The notes: generated from the letters alone by a model not told the origin. DNA of 64,000 nucleotides from an uncultured Lachnospiraceae bacterium (GCA_964403505.1 CAYOFP010000005.1:7655-71654), one strand, 5' to 3'. Counted from the stretch's first letter, positions 28,765 through 38,518 are shown. Made by a program: numbers and translations.

Positions 28765-31008
28765 ATGAAAAACAGCGCCCTACTCCGTGATTTTGACACA
28801 CCGAACAAAGAGTTTTCCATCATGCCGTTCTGGCTGATCAACGATACGCTCGACCTCGAAAAAATGTTTGAGCAGATAGACGATCTGAAGGAAAAAGGCG
28901 TCGACGGTTTCGTCTTTCACCCACGCATGGGAATGGCACGCACGCCGGAATATCTCTCAGACGAATACATGGACTATGTAGCAGCCTGCGTCGAGCGGGC
29001 AAAGCAAAATGACATGAAAGTCATCCTGTACGATGAGGCGGCATACCCCTCCGGCTCGGCGCACGGTCTGGTCGCAAAGACAGATCCGATGTACGCCTCA
29101 CGCCGTTTACAGAAAAGGCCGCTCGATACCCTCGATCTCTCGGAAAACGAATCGGTATTTCTATATGTTTCCCACACGGAAAACGGCGAATATCACAGTG
29201 CAAAAATTGCCGGAGCGCTTCCTGATGGTGAAAAATATGCCCTCGTCGAGTGCCCGACCTTCGGCTATATACGGGGCATTTACGATGACGAGGACGACGG
29301 CATGCCGAATGCGCCTGCATCCGCAGACCTGCTCAATCCCGATGCGGTCGATTGCTTTATCCACCTTACCCACGATAAGTATTACAGCCGCCTGAGCGAG
29401 CATTTCGGTAAAACGGTCATCGGATTTTTTACCGATGAGCCATCGATCTGCGGCAGAGGAGCGAAGCTCGACAACTCTATTATATGGAGCGGCAGGCTGA
29501 TCGACGATATCATCGCCGTCGGCGGAAGCGAAGAAACTGTTGTATCCGTGCTTTTTGACAGAGAAGACACACAAGACGCATGGCGCATATACGGTGAAGC
29601 AGTGCGCATCCGACTCGAGCGGGACTATTACGGAAAGCTATCTGCATGGTGCCTCTCACACGGCATAGACCTCATGGGTCACCCGGCAGACTCGGGAGAC
29701 ATGGACTCGCAGAAATTTTTCGGCGTTCCCGGCCAGGACCTCGTATGGCAACAGGTCGCACCCGATAAGCCCCTCGACTCATGGGAGGGCGTGATGGGAA
29801 AGTGCTCCTCCGACGCTGCACGTATGCTCGGCGCACGCAGGAATTCAAACGAGGTGCTCGGCGTGTGCGGCAGACCCGGAAACCCATGGGACTTTACCGC
29901 CTCCGACATGCTATGGTATTTTAATTTCCTTTTTGTACGGGGAGTCAACCTGCTCATTCCTCACGCTTTTTATTACAGCCTGCGTACAAAGGTACAGTCA
30001 GACGAAAGACCACCGGACGTGGGACTAAACAACATATGGTGGGAGGACTACCGTATGTATTCCGATTATGTAAAGAGGATGTGCGCGCTCAACACCGACG
30101 CATACAACCATCCCTATGCCGCCGTGCTCGCACCCGGACAGACCATGCCGCAGACGCCCGTCGTGCCTTTATATGAAAATCAGATAGAATTCAACTATAT
30201 CAATGAAAATTTCCTCGATCGTGCCGAGATCGTCGAAGGCGGCTTTCAGGTAAGAGACAATTTCTACAATATCCTTCTCGTTTCCTATGAGCCGCAGGAA
30301 AAGACCGAACGCTTCATAAAGAAGTTCGAGGCGGCAGGCGGAAAGGTATGCAGAAATGCAGAAGATTTTCTGCCGTTCGTGCGTGAAAACGCTGCCTTTA
30401 ACGAGAGTTTATCGCCTGCGTGTGCAAATATACGACTGTCTCATCAGACAAAAGGCGGTATACACTACTACATCCTTACAAACGAAGGAAAGGAAGCATA
30501 TTTCGGTACGCTCAGAACCTCGCTCACAGGCAGGTGCTACGCCCTCGCCCCCATGACGGGAGAAAAAAACGCACTTTTGGAAAACCCGGCAGACGGCATG
30601 AGGGAGATACCCATCTGCGTGACGGCGAGAGTCGCCACAGTGCTCGTTTTCGATCCTGATGAAGCACCGCTGACAGGCTCGGCGCCCAAAAAGCAGACGG
30701 TAACCGTAATACCCGAAAACGGCAGGTTCACATTACCCGAAAAGTATGATAAGATAACGCTCGCACTCTCCGAAGTTCACGATATGTGCGACATCAGCGT
30801 AAACGGTTCTCACGCCGCACGTCTGCGATATTTTGACGGTATTCACAAGGAGTATCCGTGGTCGTGTGACATCACGGCGGCGGTGCGTCCCGGTGAAAAT
30901 ACGTTAGATTTCGCCGTAACAGGCAGTATGTCGAATACATACGGCTCACCCGTTCCCGTCGGTATCGGAGAATGCATGATCTATATTGAATGTTGCGATG
31001 AGAAATAA
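28765..31008 (+). CDS. putative glycoside hydrolase-like protein (family not assignable by eye)
   Basis: This is a 747-aa uninterrupted ORF with no signal peptide. Its N-terminal region resembles TIM-barrel glycosidases (VDGFVFHPRMG…VILYDEAAYPSGSAHG). It sits next to the phosphodiester glycosidase gene. Confidence 0.45.
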   Translation: MKNSALLRDFDTPNKEFSIMPFWLINDTLDLEKMFEQIDDLKEKGVDGFVFHPRMGMARTPEYLSDEYMDYVAACVERAKQNDMKVILYDEAAYPSGSAHGLVAKTDPMYASRRLQKRPLDTLDLSENESVFLYVSHTENGEYHSAKIAGALPDGEKYALVECPTFGYIRGIYDDEDDGMPNAPASADLLNPDAVDCFIHLTHDKYYSRLSEHFGKTVIGFFTDEPSICGRGAKLDNSIIWSGRLIDDIIAVGGSEETVVSVLFDREDTQDAWRIYGEAVRIRLERDYYGKLSAWCLSHGIDLMGHPADSGDMDSQKFFGVPGQDLVWQQVAPDKPLDSWEGVMGKCSSDAARMLGARRNSNEVLGVCGRPGNPWDFTASDMLWYFNFLFVRGVNLLIPHAFYYSLRTKVQSDERPPDVGLNNIWWEDYRMYSDYVKRMCALNTDAYNHPYAAVLAPGQTMPQTPVVPLYENQIEFNYINENFLDRAEIVEGGFQVRDNFYNILLVSYEPQEKTERFIKKFEAAGGKVCRNAEDFLPFVRENAAFNESLSPACANIRLSHQTKGGIHYYILTNEGKEAYFGTLRTSLTGRCYALAPMTGEKNALLENPADGMREIPICVTARVATVLVFDPDEAPLTGSAPKKQTVTVIPENGRFTLPEKYDKITLALSEVHDMCDISVNGSHAARLRYFDGIHKEYPWSCDITAAVRPGENTLDFAVTGSMSNTYGSPVPVGIGECMIYIECCDEK

Positions 31009-31071
31009 ATTACCTTTTTCTGTATTATTTTTATTACAATAATGAAATAATAAATAAAAAGGAGAAATATT

Positions 31072-31677
31072 ATGGGAATAGATAATATGGCATTAAATAG
31101 TATCAGTTACGGTCTTTATGTCCTGACATCGCGTGCAGACTGCACCGACAACGGATGTATCATCAATACCGTAATGCAGCTCACATCGTCGCCTCTCTCT
31201 ATCGCCGTCTGCGTAAATAAAACAAATTACACCCACGATATGATAAAGCGCAGTAAACGCTTTAACCTCTCGCCACTGACACAGGGCGTCGGATTTGATC
31301 TCTTTGAGCGGTTCGGCTTTGCCTCGGGCAGAGAGCGTAAGAAATACGAGGGTTTGGCAGGTTCTGCACGCGCGGAAAACGGACTGATGTATCTGACGGA
31401 GGGCGCAAACGCACTGATCTCCGCCTTTGTCACAGACGAGGTCGATATGGGAACGCATACCCTCTTCATCGCCGAGGTGACCGAGGCCCGAGTGCTGAGC
31501 GATGAAAGCTCGGTCACATACGAATACTACCACAAGAATATCAAGCCGAAGAAAGAGAAAAAAAAGAGCGGCTATATCTGCAAGATATGCGGATATGTCT
31601 ATGAGGGAGACGAACTGCCCGAGGACTTTATCTGCCCTCTGTGCAAGCATCCTGCATCCGATTTTGAGAAACTGTAA
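31072..31677 (+). CDS. flavin reductase domain fused to C-terminal rubredoxin (Hrb-like high-molecular-weight rubredoxin)
   Basis: The N-terminal domain is flavin-reductase-like (YGLYVLTS…NTVMQLTS). The C-terminal part has the rubredoxin CxxC…CPxC pattern (YICKICGYVYEGDELPEDFICPLCKHP). An RBS AGGAG lies upstream. Confidence 0.8.
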   Translation: MGIDNMALNSISYGLYVLTSRADCTDNGCIINTVMQLTSSPLSIAVCVNKTNYTHDMIKRSKRFNLSPLTQGVGFDLFERFGFASGRERKKYEGLAGSARAENGLMYLTEGANALISAFVTDEVDMGTHTLFIAEVTEARVLSDESSVTYEYYHKNIKPKKEKKKSGYICKICGYVYEGDELPEDFICPLCKHPASDFEKL

Positions 31678-31874
31678 TGAAAATACGTTTGAATGAAAAT
31701 GAAGAGATCGTCGCCTCAATAAAAGAGGGACTCGACCGCACGGGCGGATACTGCCCGTGCAGACTCGAGCGCACCGAGGAAAACAAGTGTATGTGCGCAG
31801 AATTCAAATCTCAGATCGCAGATCCCGATTTTGAGGGATACTGCCATTGTATGTTGTATTATAAGGAGAAATAA
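31677..31874 (+). CDS. ferredoxin-thioredoxin-reductase catalytic-subunit-like small protein
   Basis: The 65-aa product has the Cys pattern CPC…CMC…CHC (GGYCPCRLERTEENKCMCAEF…GYCHCMLY), as in the FTR catalytic chain. A TAATG stop/start overlap joins it to the upstream gene. Confidence 0.7.
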   Translation: MKIRLNENEEIVASIKEGLDRTGGYCPCRLERTEENKCMCAEFKSQIADPDFEGYCHCMLYYKEK

Positions 31875-31875
31875 A

Positions 31876-32184
31876 ATGGCAATTTTTCATGTAAACGAAC
31901 AGGACTTCGAGGAGAAGGTTCTGAAATCGCAGAAAACGGTGATCGTCGACTTTTTCGCCGCATGGTGCGGCCCCTGCCGTATGCTCTCCCCCGTTCTCGA
32001 GGAGATCGCAGCGGAACGGGAGGATATCGACATCGCAAAAGTCGATACCGATGAATGCCCCGAGCTCGCAAGAGAATACGGTATCATGAGCATCCCGTCA
32101 CTAAAGGTCATCAAGGGCGGCGAATGTGTGCGCTCGAGCGTAGGTCTCATACCGAAAGAGCAGGTACTCGACCTGTTGGACTGA
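31876..32184 (+). CDS. trxA: thioredoxin
   Basis: ORF 31831..32184. The likely start is MAIFHVNEQDF at 31876. The WCGPC active site is present. Confidence 0.92.
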   Translation: MAIFHVNEQDFEEKVLKSQKTVIVDFFAAWCGPCRMLSPVLEEIAAEREDIDIAKVDTDECPELAREYGIMSIPSLKVIKGGECVRSSVGLIPKEQVLDLLD

Positions 32185-32191
32185 CATAACT

Positions 32192-32222
32192 AAAAAGCTG
32201 TCGCATAAGCGACAGCTTTTTT
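32192..32222. terminator. bidirectional rho-independent terminator
   Basis: AAAAAGCTGTCGC-ATAA-GCGACAGCTTTTTT lies between convergent trxA and the acyltransferase gene. Confidence 0.9.
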
Positions 32223-32232
32223 GACGAAAGAA

Positions 32233-33345
32233 TCATTTTTTCGGCTTCCCTGCTGCAAGCGCGCGCAGTTTTCCGGAGAGCGGTGCGAGCACCAGGCGCA
32301 GGATGCGGGCGGCAAGATATACAAAAACAAAATTACACAAGAAGACCTGCCACGAATTGAGACGGTTCAGCGAGAGTAAGAACGCAGGGGCATTCAACAT
32401 ATTCTTAGGCGTATAGAAAATGCGGTCAGTCAGATAGGATATCAGATACATCTCAAAGGAGCAGACCGATATCTCTTTCAGCGGTAATGCGAGCACAGCC
32501 GGCAGGCGCTCGACACGGTAAAAGAGCAAAAAGAGTGCAACTGCGGCGATCACATGGGTGAGCGTATTGTATTCCTTAAAGAGCCACCATGCGGCCTGAC
32601 CGTCGTGTGAAAAATAACGGTAGAGTGCGATCTCTAAAATAAGGATCGCCGCCACAGTGCCGATACAGTAGATCGCGCGCGGGCGCGGCTTGTAACGGGC
32701 GATATAACCGCCGATGAGAAAGAAAGTGACCGCGTAGCATGCTCCGAAATAATCCGGCAGGATATCGAGGTATACCTCAGCGAGCTTAAAGCTTTTGAGT
32801 ACCTCCGGCACTAAGGTAAGAAGGGCGAGCACAGCGATCAGCTGCCGCTGTCCACGGCGTTCGAGCCGATCGAACAAAAGATTCAGATACGGCATCACGA
32901 GATAAAGGCACAGGTACATTTCAACGTACCATGTATAACCGTAATTAAAACTGAATATCTTCAGAATAGCATGGATTATTCGCACATCGCCTGCGCCGAA
33001 TAAAAACCGTTCTGCGAATGTAGTCGCAAGGGAAAGTACCAGCCAGGACAGCATAACGGGAATGACCGCCGCAGCGTGCGAACGTCCGGGGCGGCGGGAT
33101 GAAAGCAAATATCCGGACAACAAAAGGAAGATCGGAATACTCAAAATGACAGAAAACCGTGCAAGCGCACAGATATACCACTGCACAGAGCCGATCTGAG
33201 AGTTAATGATACCGAGATAACGGTAATTTATCAGGTGCGTCAGCATTACAAAAACGATCGCAATCGTGCGCAAAATATCAAGACCTGCGACACGTGACTT
33301 TTTAGACTGTACGGAAGTGCTGTTACGATTAGATATGAGGTTCAT
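32233..33345 (-). CDS. acyltransferase family 3 membrane protein
   Basis: The 370-aa product is polytopic. It has the N-terminal motif (GLDILRTIAIVFVMLTH) typical of the acyltransferase_3 family. Confidence 0.8.
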   Translation of the reverse strand: MNLISNRNSTSVQSKKSRVAGLDILRTIAIVFVMLTHLINYRYLGIINSQIGSVQWYICALARFSVILSIPIFLLLSGYLLSSRRPGRSHAAAVIPVMLSWLVLSLATTFAERFLFGAGDVRIIHAILKIFSFNYGYTWYVEMYLCLYLVMPYLNLLFDRLERRGQRQLIAVLALLTLVPEVLKSFKLAEVYLDILPDYFGACYAVTFFLIGGYIARYKPRPRAIYCIGTVAAILILEIALYRYFSHDGQAAWWLFKEYNTLTHVIAAVALFLLFYRVERLPAVLALPLKEISVCSFEMYLISYLTDRIFYTPKNMLNAPAFLLSLNRLNSWQVFLCNFVFVYLAARILRLVLAPLSGKLRALAAGKPKK

Positions 33346-33527
33346 GGTCGAATCCTTTCAAAACATTTGTATTCGCAAAATGATAGAACTACAAGGGTAT
33401 TATACAATAAAAATTAACTGTGTGCAACTTTTTTCAGCTAAAATAATGATATGCACCTCAAAATGATAGACACATTTGGAGGTGCATATCAACGGCGCCA
33501 TCCCGTTTAAATCTTATGCCGCTTTGA

Positions 33528-35618
33528 TCAGCTCTTTACATTTGCATAGAGGATAGCCTGAGCAGGTCCGAAGAACGGACTCGTCTCAAAGTTCTCGATA
33601 TTTGCATTGTAAACATCATAGTAGTAGTTGGAGTACAGCGGGATATCGGGCATGAGCTGATTCCATCTCTCGATGTATGCCTGCCACCATTCATTGTACT
33701 CGTCCTCTGTTTTAGCGTTATAAACCATCGCCATCGACAGATAGTCCATGCCGAGCTTACCGCCGGACTGCTCGAGAGCCTGTTTATACGAGAGCCTTTC
33801 AGCACTCATATCATACGGAAATGCCTTATCATATTCGTCATAAAACTTGTTTACGGAGTAGTCGAAATACGCAGGGTCGAGCGACCAGTTGAATGCGTAG
33901 TCATATACAGCCGAGGGCCAACTTATTGATAAGTTGTACATCCCGTATGTGGGTATCCCTCCGTAGCCGTATGTGGGCTCACGGTAGATCTCGCCCTGGA
34001 GTCGGTCAAAGTCACCTGTTGTTTCACGGATAACGATACCTGCAGCCGCAACATCCGTGCTGTTTACAAGGGCTGCGGATAACAGATCTGTCACTGTACC
34101 CGGCGTTATGCAGAACCAGTTGATTACGAGAGGCATGTAGTACTCGCCGTTTATCTCAACGGTCTTATATGTTATTCCGTCTGTATTAGCAACAGATGCA
34201 TATGTCTTGTTCACACCGTCAAGAATCTCTGCCTCTTCCGCAGAAAGCTTCTTATAACGTACTGCGTCAACACCGCTCTGTCCCTCGGCGTAAGCTTCAC
34301 CATGGGAATTGTAGATCCAACCGCCCCCTTCAAGGAGCTTCTTCGCTTTTGCAGGAGAGTAAGAGTAGTCGGTCAGGTTGATCTTATTTTTTACTGCCTG
34401 CCACATAGCGAAGTCAGGGCTGTAAGGGCCGTCAACGATTGTACCGTAACCGCCCGTAAAGCTCTGGCAGAGCTCTTCTCTATTGAGCAGATAAGCGATC
34501 GCCTGACGAACCTCAGCAAACATTGTGGGACCGAAGTCGCAGTCAAACTGCACTTTACCGTAGCCGGCTCTCTGGTAGTGGGTTTCAGCGAATCTGCCTG
34601 AGCCGTCGTTCGTAACGGCGAGAGCCGCCTTTATATCGTTTCCGCCCGTGATTCCGCCGAGGATGTCAACGCCTCCGCTCGTGAGAGCCTCGAGCTGTGT
34701 TTCACTTACGAGAGGAATGTAAACGATCGTTTCGATTGCCGGGGTCATACCCTCAAAATTACCCTTGAACTCAGGATTAGCCGCAAGAGTCACCCGGCTC
34801 GTGGAGTTATCCCACTCCTTGATCATGTACGCACCTGAGAAAGGATACTTTGTTACGTCATAACGGTTGTCAGCTAATTCCTTAGCCTTTACATACTCCT
34901 TGCCGTCCATCTCATAGTAGTTGTCGCTAAGGTAGCAACCATTGCCATCGTCCTTTATTTCAACCCCCTCTCCGAGGATAAGTCCGAGCGGTGCAGGCTC
35001 TGTTGCCGCATATGTGTATGCGAAGTAGTAAGGATAGAAATCGGATGATACCGTATAGGAGAACGTGTAATCGCCTAAAAGACGAACACCCGAGAATTCC
35101 TTCGTTGCGCCCTTGGTCTCTTTTCCGCCATATGCTTTGAATGTATCATAGCCAACGAAAAACTGACCGGCTGTACCCGAGTGGCCTGCCGCAAAGGAAA
35201 CAGGTGAAGAAAATGCGAGTATACTTGCGACATAGTTCACAGCCTTGATATCCGAGCCGTCGCTGAATTTAAGACCCTCGTTAAGCTCGACGGTGACAGT
35301 ATATGTACCGTCTTTGTTTTCTTTTTCCGTGTAGCTCTTTACCGATGTTTCATTCCATACGTATGTGCCGTACCGATCGATCTCCATCGTGCCGTAGCCT
35401 ACTGTAAGCTTTGCGATATCCCGGTCAGAAGCGCCTGCGGCGCCGCCGAATCCCGGAAAGCGAAAGTCGCCGGATAGCTTAGTACTGCTGCCGAGGATCA
35501 CCTTTGTGCCTGCCGCGATCGCACGGTCGCCTGTGTTGTCTCTCTCTTTGCCGCAAGCAACAAAACAACAAAGGATCATCACAAGCGCAAGAAGTAAAGC
35601 AATAATTTTTTTATTCAT
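33528..35618 (-). CDS. ABC transporter substrate-binding lipoprotein (family 5, peptide/nickel type)
   Basis: The 696-aa product has a lipobox (LCCFVACGK). The overall SBP_bac_5-like layout was judged by eye. No cognate permease or ATPase genes are adjacent. Confidence 0.65.
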   Translation of the reverse strand: MNKKIIALLLALVMILCCFVACGKERDNTGDRAIAAGTKVILGSSTKLSGDFRFPGFGGAAGASDRDIAKLTVGYGTMEIDRYGTYVWNETSVKSYTEKENKDGTYTVTVELNEGLKFSDGSDIKAVNYVASILAFSSPVSFAAGHSGTAGQFFVGYDTFKAYGGKETKGATKEFSGVRLLGDYTFSYTVSSDFYPYYFAYTYAATEPAPLGLILGEGVEIKDDGNGCYLSDNYYEMDGKEYVKAKELADNRYDVTKYPFSGAYMIKEWDNSTSRVTLAANPEFKGNFEGMTPAIETIVYIPLVSETQLEALTSGGVDILGGITGGNDIKAALAVTNDGSGRFAETHYQRAGYGKVQFDCDFGPTMFAEVRQAIAYLLNREELCQSFTGGYGTIVDGPYSPDFAMWQAVKNKINLTDYSYSPAKAKKLLEGGGWIYNSHGEAYAEGQSGVDAVRYKKLSAEEAEILDGVNKTYASVANTDGITYKTVEINGEYYMPLVINWFCITPGTVTDLLSAALVNSTDVAAAGIVIRETTGDFDRLQGEIYREPTYGYGGIPTYGMYNLSISWPSAVYDYAFNWSLDPAYFDYSVNKFYDEYDKAFPYDMSAERLSYKQALEQSGGKLGMDYLSMAMVYNAKTEDEYNEWWQAYIERWNQLMPDIPLYSNYYYDVYNANIENFETSPFFGPAQAILYANVKS

Positions 35619-35850
35619 AACTTTCCTCCGGAATTCTATATGTTTTTCCGTTAAACACTCTATATAATATGATTATATTTTATATTTTTCAAAGTGTCAA
35701 TAGAAGAACCATAAAATCAGTATTATGCAAAAATATATCGTTCGATACTTGGTTTTCGCCATCATTATTGTTGCAAAATTATACATTTTTAACAAAAAAC
35801 AACAAATTAAACCACATGCATATAATGTAATAAAAAACGAGGTATACAGC

Positions 35851-36345
35851 ATGAACTATTTCAGAGATATCTATTCCGTAATGAAAAGACGTGCGGATGC
35901 TGTTGCATTTATCAACGGCAGTGAAAAATATCCCGATATCCACGGCAGGGTCTTATTCTATCAGTTACGGTACGGCGTCATCATACAGACTGAGATTATC
36001 AACTTACCCACGGGAACGGAAGCATGTGACAGTCCCGTATTTGCTTTTCACATTCATAGCGGCGACAGTTGTACGGGAAACGCAGAGGATCTCTTTGCCG
36101 ATGCAGGTACGCATTATAATCCGGATCGCTGTCCGCACCCGTACCACGCAGGAGATCTGCCGCCGTTATTCGGCGCTGACGGAAGGGCATTTTCCGTCTG
36201 CCTTTCCGACCGCTTTACCGTCCGTGAGGTCATCGGAAAAGCCGTCATCGTGCACCGCTCCCCCGATGATTTCACGACGCAGCCCTCCGGAAACGCAGGA
36301 GAAAAAATCGCCTGCGGCATTATATCCCCGACATCGAGAAGATAA
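35851..36345 (+). CDS. sodC: Cu/Zn superoxide dismutase family protein
   Basis: The metal-ligand pattern is FHIHSG…THYNP…PHPYHAGDLP…VIVHRSPDD…GNAGEKIACGII. The ATG at 35851 has a GAGG 9 nt upstream. The longer ORF from 35725 would add a hydrophobic N-terminus but has no RBS. Confidence 0.8.
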   Translation: MNYFRDIYSVMKRRADAVAFINGSEKYPDIHGRVLFYQLRYGVIIQTEIINLPTGTEACDSPVFAFHIHSGDSCTGNAEDLFADAGTHYNPDRCPHPYHAGDLPPLFGADGRAFSVCLSDRFTVREVIGKAVIVHRSPDDFTTQPSGNAGEKIACGIISPTSRR

Positions 36346-36355
36346 ATATCACACG

Positions 36356-36385
36356 CAAAAACGCACACAAAAAGTGTGCGTTTTA
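36356..36385 (+). terminator. rho-independent terminator of sodC
   Basis: AACGCACAC-AAAAA-GTGTGCGTT is followed by TTAT. Confidence 0.7.
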
Positions 36386-36408
36386 TGCTCTTCATTTCGA
36401 TAGGCTCT

Positions 36409-36445
36409 TTCGGCTGATTTAATATCTGATATTAAATCAGCCGAA
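36409..36445. repeat. perfect 17-bp-stem inverted repeat at the left edge of the AT-rich island
   Basis: TTCGGCTGATTTAATAT-CTG-ATATTAAATCAGCCGAA. There is no U-tract on either strand. Confidence 0.9.
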
Positions 36446-36521
36446 ATAAAGAAAAATATCAACCCATTTTAGGATAAAATCTCAAAAAAAGGAAGACATT
36501 TTTTGTATTTTTCAGACAAAC

Positions 36522-37064
36522 TCATTGATTCACTGCGGATATCTCCTCTTCCTCTGCAGGCCGCCATGCGATACCGAAATTCACATCCTTAAAAAGTGCG
36601 GCCAGTCCTGTAATCTGTTTCAGTCTCAATATTTCATCCTTATCCATGCCTAAGTGTTTGGAGATCCATGCATCGGAACGCCCAAGCTCATGCAGCTCCT
36701 TTACGATGTTACTCATCAGATCGACATCGTGAGAGCCTCTTGCCCTGTTGTGACGGATCGTACTTGCCATTCTGTGGTCGATCGGTTTATCTATCACCGA
36801 TACCGGAAGCAAACCGCCTTCACGCTCACGGATATCGGGATAATCCAACATAACGCGATAGCGGTGAAATCCGTCGACAATAATGTACTCATCACTGCTC
36901 TCCACATAATAACATACAATCGGCATAGTATAGCCGTCCTCTTTTATGCTGTCGTACAGAAGCTTCATTTCAGGAGGTGCGACCGCATTCGGGTTATATG
37001 TATTCGGCACGATCTTCTCGATCGGAACTGCCTTTATGTTATATACCGGACTTTTTTGTGCCAT
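36522..37064 (-). CDS. ParB-like nuclease domain protein (IbrB-like)
   Basis: ORF 36522..37073. The ATG at 37064 has AGGTGA upstream. ParB/Srx-fold motifs are present (NPN…, VDGFHRYRV, STIRHNRARGSH). It lies immediately downstream of the PAPS-reductase-like gene. Confidence 0.8.
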   Translation of the reverse strand: MAQKSPVYNIKAVPIEKIVPNTYNPNAVAPPEMKLLYDSIKEDGYTMPIVCYYVESSDEYIIVDGFHRYRVMLDYPDIREREGGLLPVSVIDKPIDHRMASTIRHNRARGSHDVDLMSNIVKELHELGRSDAWISKHLGMDKDEILRLKQITGLAALFKDVNFGIAWRPAEEEEISAVNQ

Positions 37065-37065
37065 G

Positions 37066-38382
37066 TCAATCACCTACTTTGCTGTATTTATCTTTTAAAA
37101 TATCAATACGTTTTTGCTGTTCTCTTGTTAATCCGAAGCCCATGAAACGACAGATGTGATCATTTTTAAGAATGCAATAACACATCCTCTTCCAGCTTGG
37201 GATATCCTTTGTTGATTTTATATCGTCTGTATGATCGGGAATCTTACTTAAGAATACAATTCGGGAGTTTTTCATAATTGTATAATTTGATACGCCGTTT
37301 CGCTTAATTTTATATCCCTTATCGATCAGTTCCTGTATCACATGTTCTTCGAGACCTCCGCCTGTCTTATGCCAGAACTCCATAGATGCCTTAAACTTTT
37401 TGATATAATTATTACGGAGACGGGCAGGCAGGGTGCTTAAAAGAAATTTTGTATACGATTCCCATGTATGACCTTCCGGCAATGTGATATTGCGGTATCC
37501 CATGGCTTTCGTCTTGCCGTAGATCGCACCGAAATTAGCTCCTCTTACACGACCGACAAGTTTAGCCCATATTTCAGGATCGAGTACACGGTAAAGGTTA
37601 AGGCTGTCTTTTGCATAATCGTTAAATGGAGAAGCCACACGCATCTGATCCGGCTTCAATCCTGCCATATAATACAGATCATATATCCGGTTGTATTCAT
37701 AATTAAATGTGTAAATGGCATGCCAGACATCACTTTTTGCCCAATCGTACAGAGGAGATGCCGCCCACACATCCTTAAACTGTTTACTGATCCAACACTG
37801 ATCTTTATAACCGTATTTTTTATTGAGAATTGCGCTGTAACGCTGAAGGGACTCGTCTGCACGTATGCCCAAAAGACATACTGTTTTCTTCTCTCCGTGA
37901 GAAAGTCTGTACCACCGTCCAAACTGTTTCGCTAAATCTTCCTGATGCATACGGTAATGATATGTCGTGATAGGATTATTCTGAAGATTAATCACATAGG
38001 GATATTCCGGCATCGGACGAACCCATGCAGATTCCTTTGTATCATCCCATGGATACCAATACATCTGATAACTGCTGAGCGCCGTTCTCGTTGCCATAGG
38101 AAGGCAGACCCAGTACGGTTCAACCTCATCTTTGATTCGCTCGAAGGTTCGCTCTACATACTGAGTAGTCACACTGTATTGAGCTTCAAAATCCTGATGA
38201 AATACACCGATCCTTTTGTCGGGATAATATTTGCGTTGAAAATCAAGCGTAAGGTTCAGCAGAAGTCCGCTATCCTTGCCGCCGGAAAAAGAGACAAAAA
38301 TATTGTCAAACTCTTCAAATATAAATCTCAGCCTCTCCTGAAGTGCTTCATATACATTCTGATTTGTGTATTCTCTTTTCAT
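37066..38382 (-). CDS. PAPS-reductase-fold ATP pyrophosphatase with DUF3440-like C-terminal domain (IbrA-like)
   Basis: The 438-aa product has a PP-loop (VSFSGGKDSG) and a C-terminal region (…WKRMCYCILKNDHICRFMGFGLT…) that I recognise from IbrA-type proteins. Confidence 0.8.
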   Translation of the reverse strand: MKREYTNQNVYEALQERLRFIFEEFDNIFVSFSGGKDSGLLLNLTLDFQRKYYPDKRIGVFHQDFEAQYSVTTQYVERTFERIKDEVEPYWVCLPMATRTALSSYQMYWYPWDDTKESAWVRPMPEYPYVINLQNNPITTYHYRMHQEDLAKQFGRWYRLSHGEKKTVCLLGIRADESLQRYSAILNKKYGYKDQCWISKQFKDVWAASPLYDWAKSDVWHAIYTFNYEYNRIYDLYYMAGLKPDQMRVASPFNDYAKDSLNLYRVLDPEIWAKLVGRVRGANFGAIYGKTKAMGYRNITLPEGHTWESYTKFLLSTLPARLRNNYIKKFKASMEFWHKTGGGLEEHVIQELIDKGYKIKRNGVSNYTIMKNSRIVFLSKIPDHTDDIKSTKDIPSWKRMCYCILKNDHICRFMGFGLTREQQKRIDILKDKYSKVGD

Positions 38383-38437
38383 TGTGTTATCATTCCATAT
38401 GCCAAGCTTCGACAGATTTCGCTATTGAATCAGGTAC

Positions 38438-38466
38438 ATTTTACCATAATTTTACTCCGGAGTAAA
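38438..38466 (-). promoter_or_regulatory. promoter of the IbrA/B-like operon overlapped by a perfect 16-bp palindrome
   Basis: On the minus strand the sequence reads TTTACT-17-TAAAAT with TG at -15/-14. TTTACTCCGGAGTAAA (38451-38466) covers the -35 and part of the spacer. Confidence 0.55.
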
Positions 38467-38518
38467 TATTTTCCTGTGAACTTTTCGTTTACTCTGCGAC
38501 ACGAGCGACACAAAAAAT

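Noticed and set aside
35725-35850. A 42-codon N-terminal extension of the Cu/Zn SOD gene that would add a hydrophobic signal-anchor-like segment.
   Set aside because: There is no Shine-Dalgarno sequence before 35725, whereas ATG 35851 has GAGG at the right distance. It is left as an alternative because an exported SodC would be biologically sensible.
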